NCBI GenBank assembly: GCA_009773155.1
Contig: WOVA01000016.1
Coordinates: 25,507-89,506 of the forward strand
Direction: 5' to 3'
DNA: 64,000 nt
Source of the DNA: Elusimicrobiota bacterium
Lineage (GTDB): Bacteria; Elusimicrobiota; Elusimicrobia; Elusimicrobiales; UBA9959
Part shown: in pieces, positions 29,682 through 38,922 of the stretch
Position numbering within the stretch: position 1 is the first letter of the stretch
Layout: each line of letters starts with the position of its first letter
Translations under genes and position numbers: made by a program
The notes under the pieces: generated by a model
What the model was told of the DNA's origin: nothing
The model's database searches: none
What the model saw: only the letters and a program-made list of their open reading frames with translations

Positions 29682-32600
29682 ATGAACGACAAATGGGACG
29701 AATCTTCGCTTAACGAGCAGGCGATAACCGACCTGGAGACGGCCAAGCTCGCGCTGCGCTGGGCGCTGGACAAGCTCCGCGCCAACCAGGAAGAGTCGCT
29801 CAAATCCCGCCAGACGCTGCAGGAGAAAGCCTCGCAGGTCTCCTTCCTCGAGAACCAGGTCAAGGCCAAGAACGCCGAGATGGAGCGGCAGCAGCGCGCG
29901 CAGGAGGAGGAGATCAAGTCCCGCCAGGAGAGCCTGGAGTACCAGTTCAGGTCCCGCCTGGAGCGCCTGACCGAGCGCGAGAAGGAACTCGAGGATAACG
30001 CCGCGAAGCTGGAGGGCTCCTTCAAGGCCCGCGAGCAGAAGCTCACCGACGACTTCCAGAAAAAATCCGAGGAACTGCGCGGCCGCTGGGGCCAGGTGGA
30101 GGCCGAGATCTGGCAGCTGCGCCAGGAGCAGCTGGCCAAGCAGCAGGAGTTCGAGAAGCTTTACGCCGAGCGCCTCTCGGCCGAGCAGAAGCGCGCCCGG
30201 GAAGAGTCGGAGAACTCCCGCGCGGAGATGGAGAGAAATTACGGGTCCCGCGTGCAGGAGCTGGAGAAGCGCGAGCACACGCTGGGCGAGGAGCTCAAGA
30301 AACAGGAAGCGGTGATGAAGTGGGCCCGCGACAGCTGGCAGAAGGACGCCGACGAGCGGGAGAAGAAGCTCAAGGTCCGCGAGCTGGAGATAGAGAAGAA
30401 ACTGCTCGAGAAAGAGCAGGAGATAGACGATTACAAGGTCAAACTGGGCCTGCTCAACAAACAGCTGACCGACCTGCCCGAGGCCGTGCGCAAGCGCGAC
30501 GAGGAACTGGAGCGCTACCGCGGCGCGCTGGACAGCCTGGAAGGCGTGATCAGGACCCTGGAAGGGGAGAAGAGAGCCCTCGCCCAGGATTCCGATTCCA
30601 GGCAGTCCCGCCTGGCCGAGGCGCTCGAGGCCGAGAAGGCCCGTTTCAAGGACCTCGAGAACGAGATCCCCAGGCGCCTCAAGATAGCCATAGAGCACGA
30701 GCGCGCCCGGCTGCAGGAGAAGGTCTCCGAGGTGGAGAAGAACTTCGGCCTGGACCTGCGCAAGAAGCAGGAAGAGGCGGACTACCTCGAGCGCAATCTC
30801 AAAACTTTCGAGGAGACCATAAAGACCCTGCAGGCCGAGCGCGAAGGGTTCGCGCAGAAGACCGAGCAGCTGCAGACCCAGCTCAATATCCGCTCCGAGG
30901 AGACCTCCTTCCGCGAGCGGCAGCTGCAGTCGGAGTACGAGGTCCGCCTCAGGGTGGAGCTCGAGAAGCAGAGCCGCGGCCTGCGCTCGGAGATAGAGAC
31001 CGCGCAGCGCATCTACGAGGACAATCTGCGCCTCAAGATCGAGGAGATCGCCCACCTGCGCAAGGAGATGGAGACCCTGGCCGGCGAGAAGTCCGACCTG
31101 TCCTCCTCCTCCTCCGAGCTGCGCCGCCAGGTGGAGGCCCAGAAGGATAAGTACGAGCGCGACCTGGCCTCGACCAGGGCCGCCCTCAAGGAGAGCCACG
31201 ACGCCGAGCTGGGCCGCCGCATGGAGGAGGAAACGGCGAAGCACGAGCAGGCCCGCGCGGCGCTGCAGAAGGATTTTTCCGCCCAGCTGGAGGGCCTCAA
31301 CCTTATAGTCGCCGAGCGCGAGGCGGAGCTCAACCGGTTCAAGAACGAGGTCCAGCGGATGTCCGCCGAAAAGGCCGAGGCTATTGCGCGGGAGAAGGAC
31401 AAGGCGCGCCAGGACCTGGAGCTGCAGGCGAAGGCGTTCGCCGAGACCGAGAAGATATACCAGGAGAAGCTGCAGCAGTCCGCGCGCAATATCGAGGCCG
31501 TCCGCGTCGAGAAGGAAGAGACCATACTGCGCGAGAAGGACCGCCTCGAGCGTATCTACGCCGAGCGCGAGAAGGATTACGAGGATCAGCTGGCCCGCAG
31601 GGACCAGGAGGTCGTGCGGCTGCGCGAGGACCTGCTAAAGTCGGCCCATGAGCGGGAGACGGTTCTTCGCGAGGTTTCGGCGGAGCGCGACGCGCTGCGC
31701 CAGAAGCTCAGGGAAGCGCATGACGCCGCCGCCCGTGCGGAAGCGCTCAAAGAACTGGAACTGGAGCGCGCCCGCCAGGCCGAGAAGGACAAGTCGGCCG
31801 ACATCCTCGACAAGCGCGACAAGGAGCTGGCCGCGCTGGCAAGGACCAAGGACGAGCAGGACGCCGCCTACCGCCGCTCGCTGGAGGATTTCCGGGCCAG
31901 GCTCTCCGAAGCCGTGGGCAAGATGGAAGAGCTTAAGGCCGTGGCCGAGGAACGCCAGACCCGCGTCTCCGCGCTGCAGGTGGAGATCTCCGAGGCCAGG
32001 CGCCAGCATAACGACGAGCATATGGCGGTGTCCGGCCGGCTGGCCGACAGGGAAAAGCAGCTCAAGTCCCTGCGGATGGACTATGATTCGCTCAAGGCCA
32101 ATTCGGCGGCCGTCACCCAGGAGTCGCAGAAGCAGATTGGCGAGGCGCTGATGCGTCTCAAGGCCGCCGAAGAGCACCGCGGCGCTTCCGAGAAGGCTCT
32201 TTCCGAAAGCCGGCGCGAGATAGATATGCGCAGGGTAGAGCTTTCCAAGAAAGAGGACGAACTGCTAAAGCTGCACTCCGACCTGGAGAGCTCGCGCAAC
32301 TCCGCAGCCCGGACAGTGGAGGAATCGCGCGGCCGCGAAACTTCCCTCAAGAGCCGGCTGGAGGTGCTCGAGTCCGAGCTGGCCGGCCGCTCTTCGCTGG
32401 CGTCGGACCTTACCGCCGAGCTGAAAGCGCGCAACGCCGAGCTTTCAAAGGCGGGGGAAGAGAAGTCCCGCCTGGAGCAGGAGCTCAACGTCAGGCTCTC
32501 GGAATTCAAGCAGCAGCTTGAGTCGGAGCGCAAGGAGTTCCGCCTGTCCTACGAGCGGCTCAACCGCGAATTCGCCGACCGGGAAAAGGCCCTGATCGGG

Positions 32601-33413
32601 GAGGTCAACGCCCTCAGAGGCCAGTTGACTTCCGGCGAGTCACTGGCCCAGGACCTGAAGTCCCGGCTCGAGAGCGCGGAGGCGGCCGGGCCCGGGATGA
32701 AGGCGCGCATAGACGAACTGCAGAAGAAGATCAGGAACATGGAAGAGGCGTCCTCGGGCCTCGCCGAGAGCCTGCTGGCGGCCAAAGAGAGCGCCTCCGC
32801 CGCCGCGGCCCGGATAGAGAAGCTCTCCGCCCAACTGGAGGACGAGAAGAAGCGCCGCTCCTCGCTCGAAGCCGCCAACGAGACGCTCTCCTCGGAACTG
32901 CGCAGGAAACTCGAGGAGTTTTCGGCGGCCTCCTCGTCCGTCAAGGACCTTTCCGGCCGCCTGGCCCGGGCGCAGGAACTATGTGAGACGGAAAAGCGAA
33001 AGCGGGAGGAGACGGAAGTCTATTCCCAGACCTCCGCTTCCGCCCTCCAGGAGAAGGAAGTGGAACTGTCCGACCTGAAGTTCTCCATGAAGGAGCTGTC
33101 TTCCAGGGTCAATAAACTCCAGTCCCTCTACGAGGCCGAGAAGCTCAAGCGCGAGGAGACCGAGGTTTATTCCCAGACCTCGGCCAGCGCCCTGCGCGAG
33201 AAGGAAGACGAGCTCAAGGGCCTCGGGAAGCGCTGCGCGCGGCTGGAATCCGAACTCAACGCCTCCAGGAAAGAGGCGGGTTCCGCGTCGGTCGAGGCGG
33301 CCAGGCTGGCCGGCGAGATCGAGGAGCTCCGGCGCGTCAAGGAAGAGTACGAAAAGAGCCGCAGGCTGGCGGAAAAGCTCAAAGATAAGCTCAAGCTATG
33401 GAAGAAGGAATGA
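29682..33413 (+). CDS. Giant coiled-coil-rich protein (about 1240 aa), no enzymatic domain recognised
   Basis: Almost entirely E/K/R/Q/L/A heptad-like sequence with no TM or signal peptide. Start set at MNDKWDES (29682; ATG 29658 is also possible). The ORF-track TTG 29535 start would read through a palindrome repeat. A C-terminal duplicated block EK.KREETEVYSQTSASAL.EKE.EL is present. Confidence 0.8.
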   Translation: MNDKWDESSLNEQAITDLETAKLALRWALDKLRANQEESLKSRQTLQEKASQVSFLENQVKAKNAEMERQQRAQEEEIKSRQESLEYQFRSRLERLTEREKELEDNAAKLEGSFKAREQKLTDDFQKKSEELRGRWGQVEAEIWQLRQEQLAKQQEFEKLYAERLSAEQKRAREESENSRAEMERNYGSRVQELEKREHTLGEELKKQEAVMKWARDSWQKDADEREKKLKVRELEIEKKLLEKEQEIDDYKVKLGLLNKQLTDLPEAVRKRDEELERYRGALDSLEGVIRTLEGEKRALAQDSDSRQSRLAEALEAEKARFKDLENEIPRRLKIAIEHERARLQEKVSEVEKNFGLDLRKKQEEADYLERNLKTFEETIKTLQAEREGFAQKTEQLQTQLNIRSEETSFRERQLQSEYEVRLRVELEKQSRGLRSEIETAQRIYEDNLRLKIEEIAHLRKEMETLAGEKSDLSSSSSELRRQVEAQKDKYERDLASTRAALKESHDAELGRRMEEETAKHEQARAALQKDFSAQLEGLNLIVAEREAELNRFKNEVQRMSAEKAEAIAREKDKARQDLELQAKAFAETEKIYQEKLQQSARNIEAVRVEKEETILREKDRLERIYAEREKDYEDQLARRDQEVVRLREDLLKSAHERETVLREVSAERDALRQKLREAHDAAARAEALKELELERARQAEKDKSADILDKRDKELAALARTKDEQDAAYRRSLEDFRARLSEAVGKMEELKAVAEERQTRVSALQVEISEARRQHNDEHMAVSGRLADREKQLKSLRMDYDSLKANSAAVTQESQKQIGEALMRLKAAEEHRGASEKALSESRREIDMRRVELSKKEDELLKLHSDLESSRNSAARTVEESRGRETSLKSRLEVLESELAGRSSLASDLTAELKARNAELSKAGEEKSRLEQELNVRLSEFKQQLESERKEFRLSYERLNREFADREKALIGEVNALRGQLTSGESLAQDLKSRLESAEAAGPGMKARIDELQKKIRNMEEASSGLAESLLAAKESASAAAARIEKLSAQLEDEKKRRSSLEAANETLSSELRRKLEEFSAASSSVKDLSGRLARAQELCETEKRKREETEVYSQTSASALQEKEVELSDLKFSMKELSSRVNKLQSLYEAEKLKREETEVYSQTSASALREKEDELKGLGKRCARLESELNASRKEAGSASVEAARLAGEIEELRRVKEEYEKSRRLAEKLKDKLKLWKKE

Positions 33414-36049
33414 CCTCCTCCTCCGGACTGGAAGGCCTGGACGCCGAAATAGACCGCCTCCTGGAGGAAGTGCAATCCAAGGAGAAAGTTTATTCCGCGC
33501 GCGTAGCGCTGCTTGAAGGCGAGCTCAAGCGCCGCGACGGGGAGGTGCACACCCTCTCGGCCAGGCTGGCCGAGTCCGAGAAGACGTGGTTCGCGCGGGA
33601 GCGCGAGCTCAAGGAGAAAGGCCGCTCGCTGAAGGAGGTCCTTGCCGAGCGCGACGCGGCCGCCGCCGACCTTACCCTCAAGGCGGAGGAACTGACGAAG
33701 AAGATCGCCTCCCTCGAAAAGAGCCTGGAGAAGGAACTCACCGCCAACAGGGAGAAGGAAGTCTACATACAGAGCGCCAAGTCGGCGGTAAAGGGGCGCG
33801 ACGCCGAGGTGGAGAAGACCTGGCGTATGCTGGAGGAGGCCCGCTCCGAGATAGCCTCCTGGAAGGCGCAGACCTCCGAGCGCGACTCGCGCCTGGAGGC
33901 CGCCGCCGCCGGGAACCAGGCCCTCGCGCTGGAGATACAGAAGCTCAACAATTCGCTGCAGCAGGCGGCGCAGGGGTTCCGGCACAAGCTGGACATGGTA
34001 AGGAAGGAAGCCGAGTCCGCCGTGCTGGAGAAGTCCTCCGCGCTGGTCCGCGTCAGCGCGGCCGAGGAGGCCATGAATGAGCGGGCCGCCTCCATGGAGA
34101 AGCTGGCCGTCAGGGCCAGGCAGCTGGAAGAGACCCTCGCCGTGCGCGAATCCCGGCTGGCCGAGCTGGAGGACAGGCTTAAATTTTTCGAAACGGTCCC
34201 GCAGTCGGCGGAGAAGGCTTCCGCCGAGACCGCGGCGCTGCGCCGCAAGGAGCGTCTGGTCTCCGAACTGACGTCACGGGTGGCCTCGCTGGAGAAGGAC
34301 CTGACTTCCGTGGAGGAGGACCGGGCGCGGCTGGCCGAGCGCATGCACGTCTCCGAGGCGGAACTGCGCGCCGCCCGCGAGGAGCTGGCCGGCTCGACCG
34401 CCAGGTTAAGGGCGCTGGAGTCGGAGCGCGACTCGTTCAAGAAACTTTCGGCGGAGGCCCAGGAGATGGCCGCCGCCATCTCGGAGAAGTCCGGGCGCGA
34501 GGATACCGAGAAACTCTCTAAAATAGGCGAGAGCCTGCGCCAGGAGCACGTCCGCTACAGTCAGGCGCTCTCGCGGGCCGAGGAACTCGCCACCCGCTAC
34601 GCCGCGCTCGAGGCCGATCACGAGGCGCTGAAAAAACGCCACGACGATTCCGTGGCGGAGAAGGCGGTGGAGATAGAGAAGCTGCGCTCCGACCTGGCCC
34701 AGGCCGAAGCGGAAGGCGCCAGGCGCCTGTCCGAACTGGCCGAGACCGACCGCCGCCGCTACCACGAGCTCGCGGGCGAGATGCAGCAGCTCAGCTCCCG
34801 CCTCGCGGAGAAGGAGATGGAGCTGGAGGCCGCCCGCTCCGGCCACGAGGCCATAAAGGCCGAATGCGCCCGCCTGCGCGAGCACGAGCGCGAACTGCAT
34901 AAGAATTACGAGCGCCAGCTCAAGGACGACAACCGCCAGCTGGAGGAGGCCCGCGCGGCCGCCGCCAGGCTGGAGGGGGAAATGCACGCCATCCATTCCC
35001 GGGAGTCCGCCCTGAAGGCGGAGGCCGCGGCGCTGAAAGCCGAGATAGAGGTCTCCAAAAAAGAGAAGAACACGGCCGCTTCTTCCGGCAAAAAGCTCAG
35101 GGAGCTGGAGTCACGGCTGGAGGAAAAGAACGACGAACTGTCCGAGGCGCGCAAGAGCCTCTCCAAGATCTCGACGGAGAAGGCGCGCTGGCACGAGCGG
35201 GAGCGCAAGCTGGCGGAGGACGGCCGCGGCGGCAAGGCCAAAGCCGAACTGGCCGACGCCGAGCGCCGCCTGGCCGCCAAGGAGCAGGAACTGTCCGGGG
35301 TCTCCGACAGGCTGGAGGCCGCCGCCGCCGAGATCTCCGGCCTGCGCGCCGCGAGGGAGAGCTTCAGGAGCAGGCCCGCCCCGGGCGCCTCGACGGACCT
35401 GCAGGAGCTGGTCGCCGGCATCGCGCACCAGATCTCCAATTCCGTCAGCATAATACGCAGCCACGCCGAGTACTGCCTGGAGGCGCCTAAAGAGTCAGAT
35501 CTCAAAGAGCCGCTGGGCGCGATAGTGCGCAGCATAGTCACCCTGCAGAAGCGCATCGAGGAAATAGCCGACTTCTCCAGGCCCGTTCTGCTGCAGCGCA
35601 AGACCGTCGGGCTCGGCGACATAGCCAGGGAGGCCCTGGCCTTCGCCGCCAACGCGCAGGGGCAGGTCCCTTTCCAGTCCAGGGTCTCCGCCCCTAAAGA
35701 CCTTCCTCCGCTGCGCGTGGACCAGGTCCGCCTGCAGGAGGCCCTGGAGCATGTCCTGACCAACGCCGCCGAGTCGCTCGGCAAGGACGGGCGGATAGTG
35801 GTGGACATACGCCGTTCGTCGGGCGGCCAGGTCATAAAAGTGTCCGACACGGGACAGGGAGTAGAACCCAAGAACCTGCCGGCGGTCTTCGAACCTTTCT
35901 TTTCCACCAGGCCAGGCAAGCTGGGTCTGGGGCTGGCGATAGCCAAGAATATCATCAAGTCGCACGGCGGAGAGATCAAGCTCTCCAGCGAGTTCGGCCG
36001 CGGAACGCAGGCCGAGATCTTCCTCCCGGACGCTCCGGAAGAGGACTAA
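33398..36049 (+). CDS. Histidine kinase with about 620-aa N-terminal coiled coil
   Basis: Overlaps the previous gene (ATGA at 33410-33413). Long coiled coil, then H-box LVAGIAHQISNSVSII and an HATPase (LTNAAESL, SDTGQGV, GKLGLGLAIAKNII.HGG). No TM segment seen. Confidence 0.85.
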   Translation: MEEGMTSSSGLEGLDAEIDRLLEEVQSKEKVYSARVALLEGELKRRDGEVHTLSARLAESEKTWFARERELKEKGRSLKEVLAERDAAAADLTLKAEELTKKIASLEKSLEKELTANREKEVYIQSAKSAVKGRDAEVEKTWRMLEEARSEIASWKAQTSERDSRLEAAAAGNQALALEIQKLNNSLQQAAQGFRHKLDMVRKEAESAVLEKSSALVRVSAAEEAMNERAASMEKLAVRARQLEETLAVRESRLAELEDRLKFFETVPQSAEKASAETAALRRKERLVSELTSRVASLEKDLTSVEEDRARLAERMHVSEAELRAAREELAGSTARLRALESERDSFKKLSAEAQEMAAAISEKSGREDTEKLSKIGESLRQEHVRYSQALSRAEELATRYAALEADHEALKKRHDDSVAEKAVEIEKLRSDLAQAEAEGARRLSELAETDRRRYHELAGEMQQLSSRLAEKEMELEAARSGHEAIKAECARLREHERELHKNYERQLKDDNRQLEEARAAAARLEGEMHAIHSRESALKAEAAALKAEIEVSKKEKNTAASSGKKLRELESRLEEKNDELSEARKSLSKISTEKARWHERERKLAEDGRGGKAKAELADAERRLAAKEQELSGVSDRLEAAAAEISGLRAARESFRSRPAPGASTDLQELVAGIAHQISNSVSIIRSHAEYCLEAPKESDLKEPLGAIVRSIVTLQKRIEEIADFSRPVLLQRKTVGLGDIAREALAFAANAQGQVPFQSRVSAPKDLPPLRVDQVRLQEALEHVLTNAAESLGKDGRIVVDIRRSSGGQVIKVSDTGQGVEPKNLPAVFEPFFSTRPGKLGLGLAIAKNIIKSHGGEIKLSSEFGRGTQAEIFLPDAPEED

Positions 36050-36063
36050 GTCCCGAGGAAAAC

Positions 36064-37236
36064 ATGGCCAAGATACTGATCGTCGACGACGAACCAGACA
36101 TGAGGCTGGCGATAAAGAACGTCCTGCGCCTGAGGGGGCACGAAGTCTCCGAGGCCCAGGACGGTCCGTCCGCGCTGGCCGCGCTGGAGGGCGAGAAGCC
36201 CGACCTGGTCCTGCTCGACATCAGGCTGCCCGGCATGGACGGCATAGAGCTGCTGGAGCGCATACGCAAGATGAGCCGCTCCCTGCCGGTGGTGATGATA
36301 ACCGGGTACGGCCACATACAGTCGGCCGTCGACGTGATGAAGCTCGGAGCCAACGAGTACCTGCAGAAACCTTTCGAGAACTCGCAGCTGGTGGATACTG
36401 TGAAGCGCTTCACTTCCGGGCGCAAGCCCGCGCCGGCGGCCGCCGCAGGGGACATCCCGCCTCATGATGGCGGGGACGCCATGCCGCAGGGCGTCGCCAA
36501 ACCTCTCTTTACCCCGGCCAGGCTGCTGGCCCTGGCCGCCGCCGCCGCCGCCCTGCTTCTTTTTTTCCGCTGGTCCGACGGCCGGCGCAATTACGCCGCG
36601 GCTTACGAGTCGGCCGGGGCCAACGTGTCATCCCTGGTCTGGCGCGGCGGGGACCTCTGGGTCTCCGACTGGCTGGAGCAGAGCCTCTACCGCTACGCGC
36701 CGCGCGGCGGCAAGCTCGCCCTTGCCGAGAAAGTCGCGCTGCCGGGCACCCATATCACCGGCTTCGCCTTCGGCGACGACGCCCTCTACATCTGCGATTC
36801 CTGGGCCGGCGTGGTGCAGGAACGTACGCTGGAGAAGGGGTTCCCGGTGGCCAGGAACCACGACCTGCCGGGCAAGATAACCTCGCTTTTCTTTGACGGC
36901 AAATATCTCTGGACCTGCGATTCGGAGGGCGTGGTCTCGCGCCGGAGGACCGGGGAAGACCTGCCGGTGGAGGCGGAGTTCCGGCTGGCGCATAAGCCCG
37001 ACCAGATCTATAAGGACTCCGGCGCCTTCTGGTCGGTGGTCTCCTCGAGCGGCAGGCTCTACCGCCACCGGCTCGACGACAAACTTTCGGTGGAGGCGGT
37101 CTTTACGGCCGGCGACCCCGGCGCCGACAGGCCCCTGTCGGCCTTTACCTGGAGCAAGGGCAGGCTCTGGCTGGCCAGGGAGGGCGGCAAGAGCATAGGG
37201 GAGTACGGCCCCGGGATATTGAAAGAAACCGACTGA
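36064..37236 (+). CDS. Response-regulator receiver fused to a TM helix and a C-terminal beta-propeller-like repeat domain
   Basis: REC (KILIVDDEPDMR...DLVLLDIRLPGMDG...KLGANEYLQKPF), TM LLALAAAAAALLLFF, then five repeats of the type [LF].W..G.LW..D (SLVWRGGDLWVSDW, ALYICDSW, YLWTCDSEG, AFWSVVSSSG, RLWLAREGG). Confidence 0.85.
   Translation: MAKILIVDDEPDMRLAIKNVLRLRGHEVSEAQDGPSALAALEGEKPDLVLLDIRLPGMDGIELLERIRKMSRSLPVVMITGYGHIQSAVDVMKLGANEYLQKPFENSQLVDTVKRFTSGRKPAPAAAAGDIPPHDGGDAMPQGVAKPLFTPARLLALAAAAAALLLFFRWSDGRRNYAAAYESAGANVSSLVWRGGDLWVSDWLEQSLYRYAPRGGKLALAEKVALPGTHITGFAFGDDALYICDSWAGVVQERTLEKGFPVARNHDLPGKITSLFFDGKYLWTCDSEGVVSRRRTGEDLPVEAEFRLAHKPDQIYKDSGAFWSVVSSSGRLYRHRLDDKLSVEAVFTAGDPGADRPLSAFTWSKGRLWLAREGGKSIGEYGPGILKETD
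36472..36498. repeat. Degenerate GGGGAC-family palindrome inside the response-regulator linker
   Basis: ggggacgccatgccgcagggcgtcgcc (arms gacgcc/ggcgtc) encodes GDAMPQGVA between the REC domain and the TM. Confidence 0.5.
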
Positions 37237-37255
37237 ACCGAAAGGCAGGAAAAAT

Positions 37256-37293
37256 AAAACCCCACCCCCGCCATATGGCGGGGATGGGTTTTT
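37256..37293. terminator. Bidirectional rho-independent terminator ending the locus (convergent with the pilin-like gene)
   Basis: aaaaccccacccccgcc-atat-ggcggggatgggttttt. Confidence 0.78.
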
Positions 37294-37308
37294 GTCTCGC
37301 GACAGCGC

Positions 37309-37734
37309 TTAGTTTATCAGGTCTCTGCCGCAATTCGCGGGGCAGGTCGGAGTCGCGCTCGCGTAGGGGTAGGTGATCACATAGTTGCCGTAAGTCGCGG
37401 GAGCGGCCCCTACCCTGGTGGCGGTCGCTCCCGTGGCGGTAAGAGCTAAACTGTATATTTTCTGGACGCATGCGCTTGTGCCCGTGCATTCCGCTCCGCC
37501 GGCGGTCTTGAAGGTAACGTCCAGCTCGTCCCAGTTGGTACTGAAGACCGACTTCCTTGCGTAATACCGCTCCTGCGCGGCTTTGATAGCGGCGAAAGCG
37601 GACAGCGCTTCGGATACCCTGGCGCGCTCCACCACCTTGAAGTACTGCGGTATGGCCATGGAGGCCAGGATACCGATGATCAGCACGACGACGAGAAGCT
37701 CGATAAGAGTGAAGCCCTTGCGTATTTTTTGCAT
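37309..37734 (-). CDS. Type IV pilin-like / pseudopilin protein (prepilin N-terminal cleavage-methylation domain)
   Basis: MQKIRKGFTLIELLVVVLIIGILASMAIPQY is a class-III signal peptide with G/F cleavage and Glu+5. Confidence 0.88.
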   Translation of the reverse strand: MQKIRKGFTLIELLVVVLIIGILASMAIPQYFKVVERARVSEALSAFAAIKAAQERYYARKSVFSTNWDELDVTFKTAGGAECTGTSACVQKIYSLALTATGATATRVGAAPATYGNYVITYPYASATPTCPANCGRDLIN

Positions 37735-37841
37735 TTCTTCCGTTTCTCCTTTTGCTTATGCGGACTGCCGTACGGTTCAAAGCGTTCCCCCGGAGTTGCG
37801 CGCGCCCCTCTAAAGCGGAACCGCGGTGACGGCTTAACTGA

Positions 37842-37870
37842 ATCTTAATAAAAAGGCGCCGGAAAATCAA
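37842..37870 (-). promoter_or_regulatory. Possible sigma-70 promoter for the pilin-like gene
   Basis: Minus strand reads TTGATT, a 17-nt spacer, then TAAGAT. Confidence 0.35.
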
Positions 37871-37898
37871 GGGGGGGGACTCCGGCCCCTGAAATCTT

Positions 37899-37970
37899 TG
37901 CGCCCGGCGCGATTCGAACGCGCGGCCACCCGCTTAAAAGGCGGATGCTCTACCACTGAGCTACGGGCGC
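37899..37970 (-). tRNA. tRNA-Lys (anticodon TTT)
   Basis: Hand fold of the reverse complement: GCGCCCG-TA-GCTC-AGTGGTA-GAGC-A-TCCGC-CTTTTAA-GCGGG-TGGCC-GCGCG-TTCGAAT-CGCGC-CGGGCGC-A. Confidence 0.92.
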
Positions 37971-37975
37971 ATATT

Positions 37976-38066
37976 GGGGACGTTGTTTAGTTGTTTAGTT
38001 TTCCGTCCGGGTGGACGGATACGGGTTTCCTGCCTCCCGAAAACTAAACAACTAAACAACGTCCCC
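37976..38066. repeat. Long-hairpin palindromic element, copy 2 (28-bp arms, about 35-nt loop)
   Basis: ggggacgttgtttagttgtttagttttc ... gaaaactaaacaactaaacaacgtcccc. It differs from copy 1 by a C-to-G change in the left arm and the complementary G-to-C change in the right arm. The loop is unrelated to the copy 1 loop. Confidence 0.85.
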
Positions 38067-38089
38067 ACTGATTATACAAAAATTGTAGA

Positions 38090-38899
38090 ATGTCGCATAA
38101 CATGACGACGAACAGGCGGTACAGGGTCAAGGTCCGGTTCAAGGTGCGCAAGCGCGGCCTCGGCCTGGCCGGCGCCGTAGCGCTGGCGGTATTCCTGTCC
38201 GTCTCCGCCGTCTACGGCGTCAGGATAGCGTGGGACTGGGTCTCGCCCCGTTTCAGCCGGGGCCTGGTCAAGTTCAAACTGGAGCGCGCGGTGGTGGAGG
38301 TGCCGGCCAAAAGCGTGGAGACCTGGATAGCGTCCCACCTGTCGTCCCGGCGGGGGGAAGAGTGGACCTCCGCCGACCGCGACCGCTTTCTGGAGAGAGT
38401 GGAGAAGCGCTACCCCTACCTCAGCGAGCCGAAGCTCTCCCGCAACTTTCTGACCGGCTCGCTGCGCTTCCGCGCCGGCGTGGAGACCGTCGTCGCCCCC
38501 GTGACGCGCGCCGGAGCCTCCTGCTATCTGGGCGAGAGCGGCCGCCTCTTCCCGGAGATATACCCCGAGGCCGTCCCCGGCGGCATCAGCGCCGCGCTGC
38601 CGGCCTCGCCCGACGCCTTCCCGGACGCCGCGCGCTTCCTGTCCCGCCTCAACGCCCTTTCGGGCCTTTTCGACAGCCGCCCCGTTTCCCTGTCCTGCCC
38701 CTCGGCGGAGGGCCCCTGCAAACTGGCCCTCTCCGACGGCAGCGAGGTGCTCTGGGGCGGGTTTGAATTCACGCGCGCAAAAATATTAAGATTGAACGAG
38801 ATTTTGGAGAGATCGGCTGCCAGGCTCAAGGGTCCCTATAAGGTGGACCTGCGTTATTTCGAAGACGGCAGGGCCGTGGTTTCGGCGTCAGCCCGATAA
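38090..38899 (+). CDS. ftsQ: Cell division protein FtsQ-like
   Basis: Basic N-terminus, a single TM (LGLAGAVALAVFLSVSAVYGV), and a periplasmic POTRA-like region. Lies immediately upstream of ftsA-ftsZ. Confidence 0.7.
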   Translation: MSHNMTTNRRYRVKVRFKVRKRGLGLAGAVALAVFLSVSAVYGVRIAWDWVSPRFSRGLVKFKLERAVVEVPAKSVETWIASHLSSRRGEEWTSADRDRFLERVEKRYPYLSEPKLSRNFLTGSLRFRAGVETVVAPVTRAGASCYLGESGRLFPEIYPEAVPGGISAALPASPDAFPDAARFLSRLNALSGLFDSRPVSLSCPSAEGPCKLALSDGSEVLWGGFEFTRAKILRLNEILERSAARLKGPYKVDLRYFEDGRAVVSASAR

Positions 38900-38922
38900 A
38901 CCTGTTCTATCCGGAGACTTCT

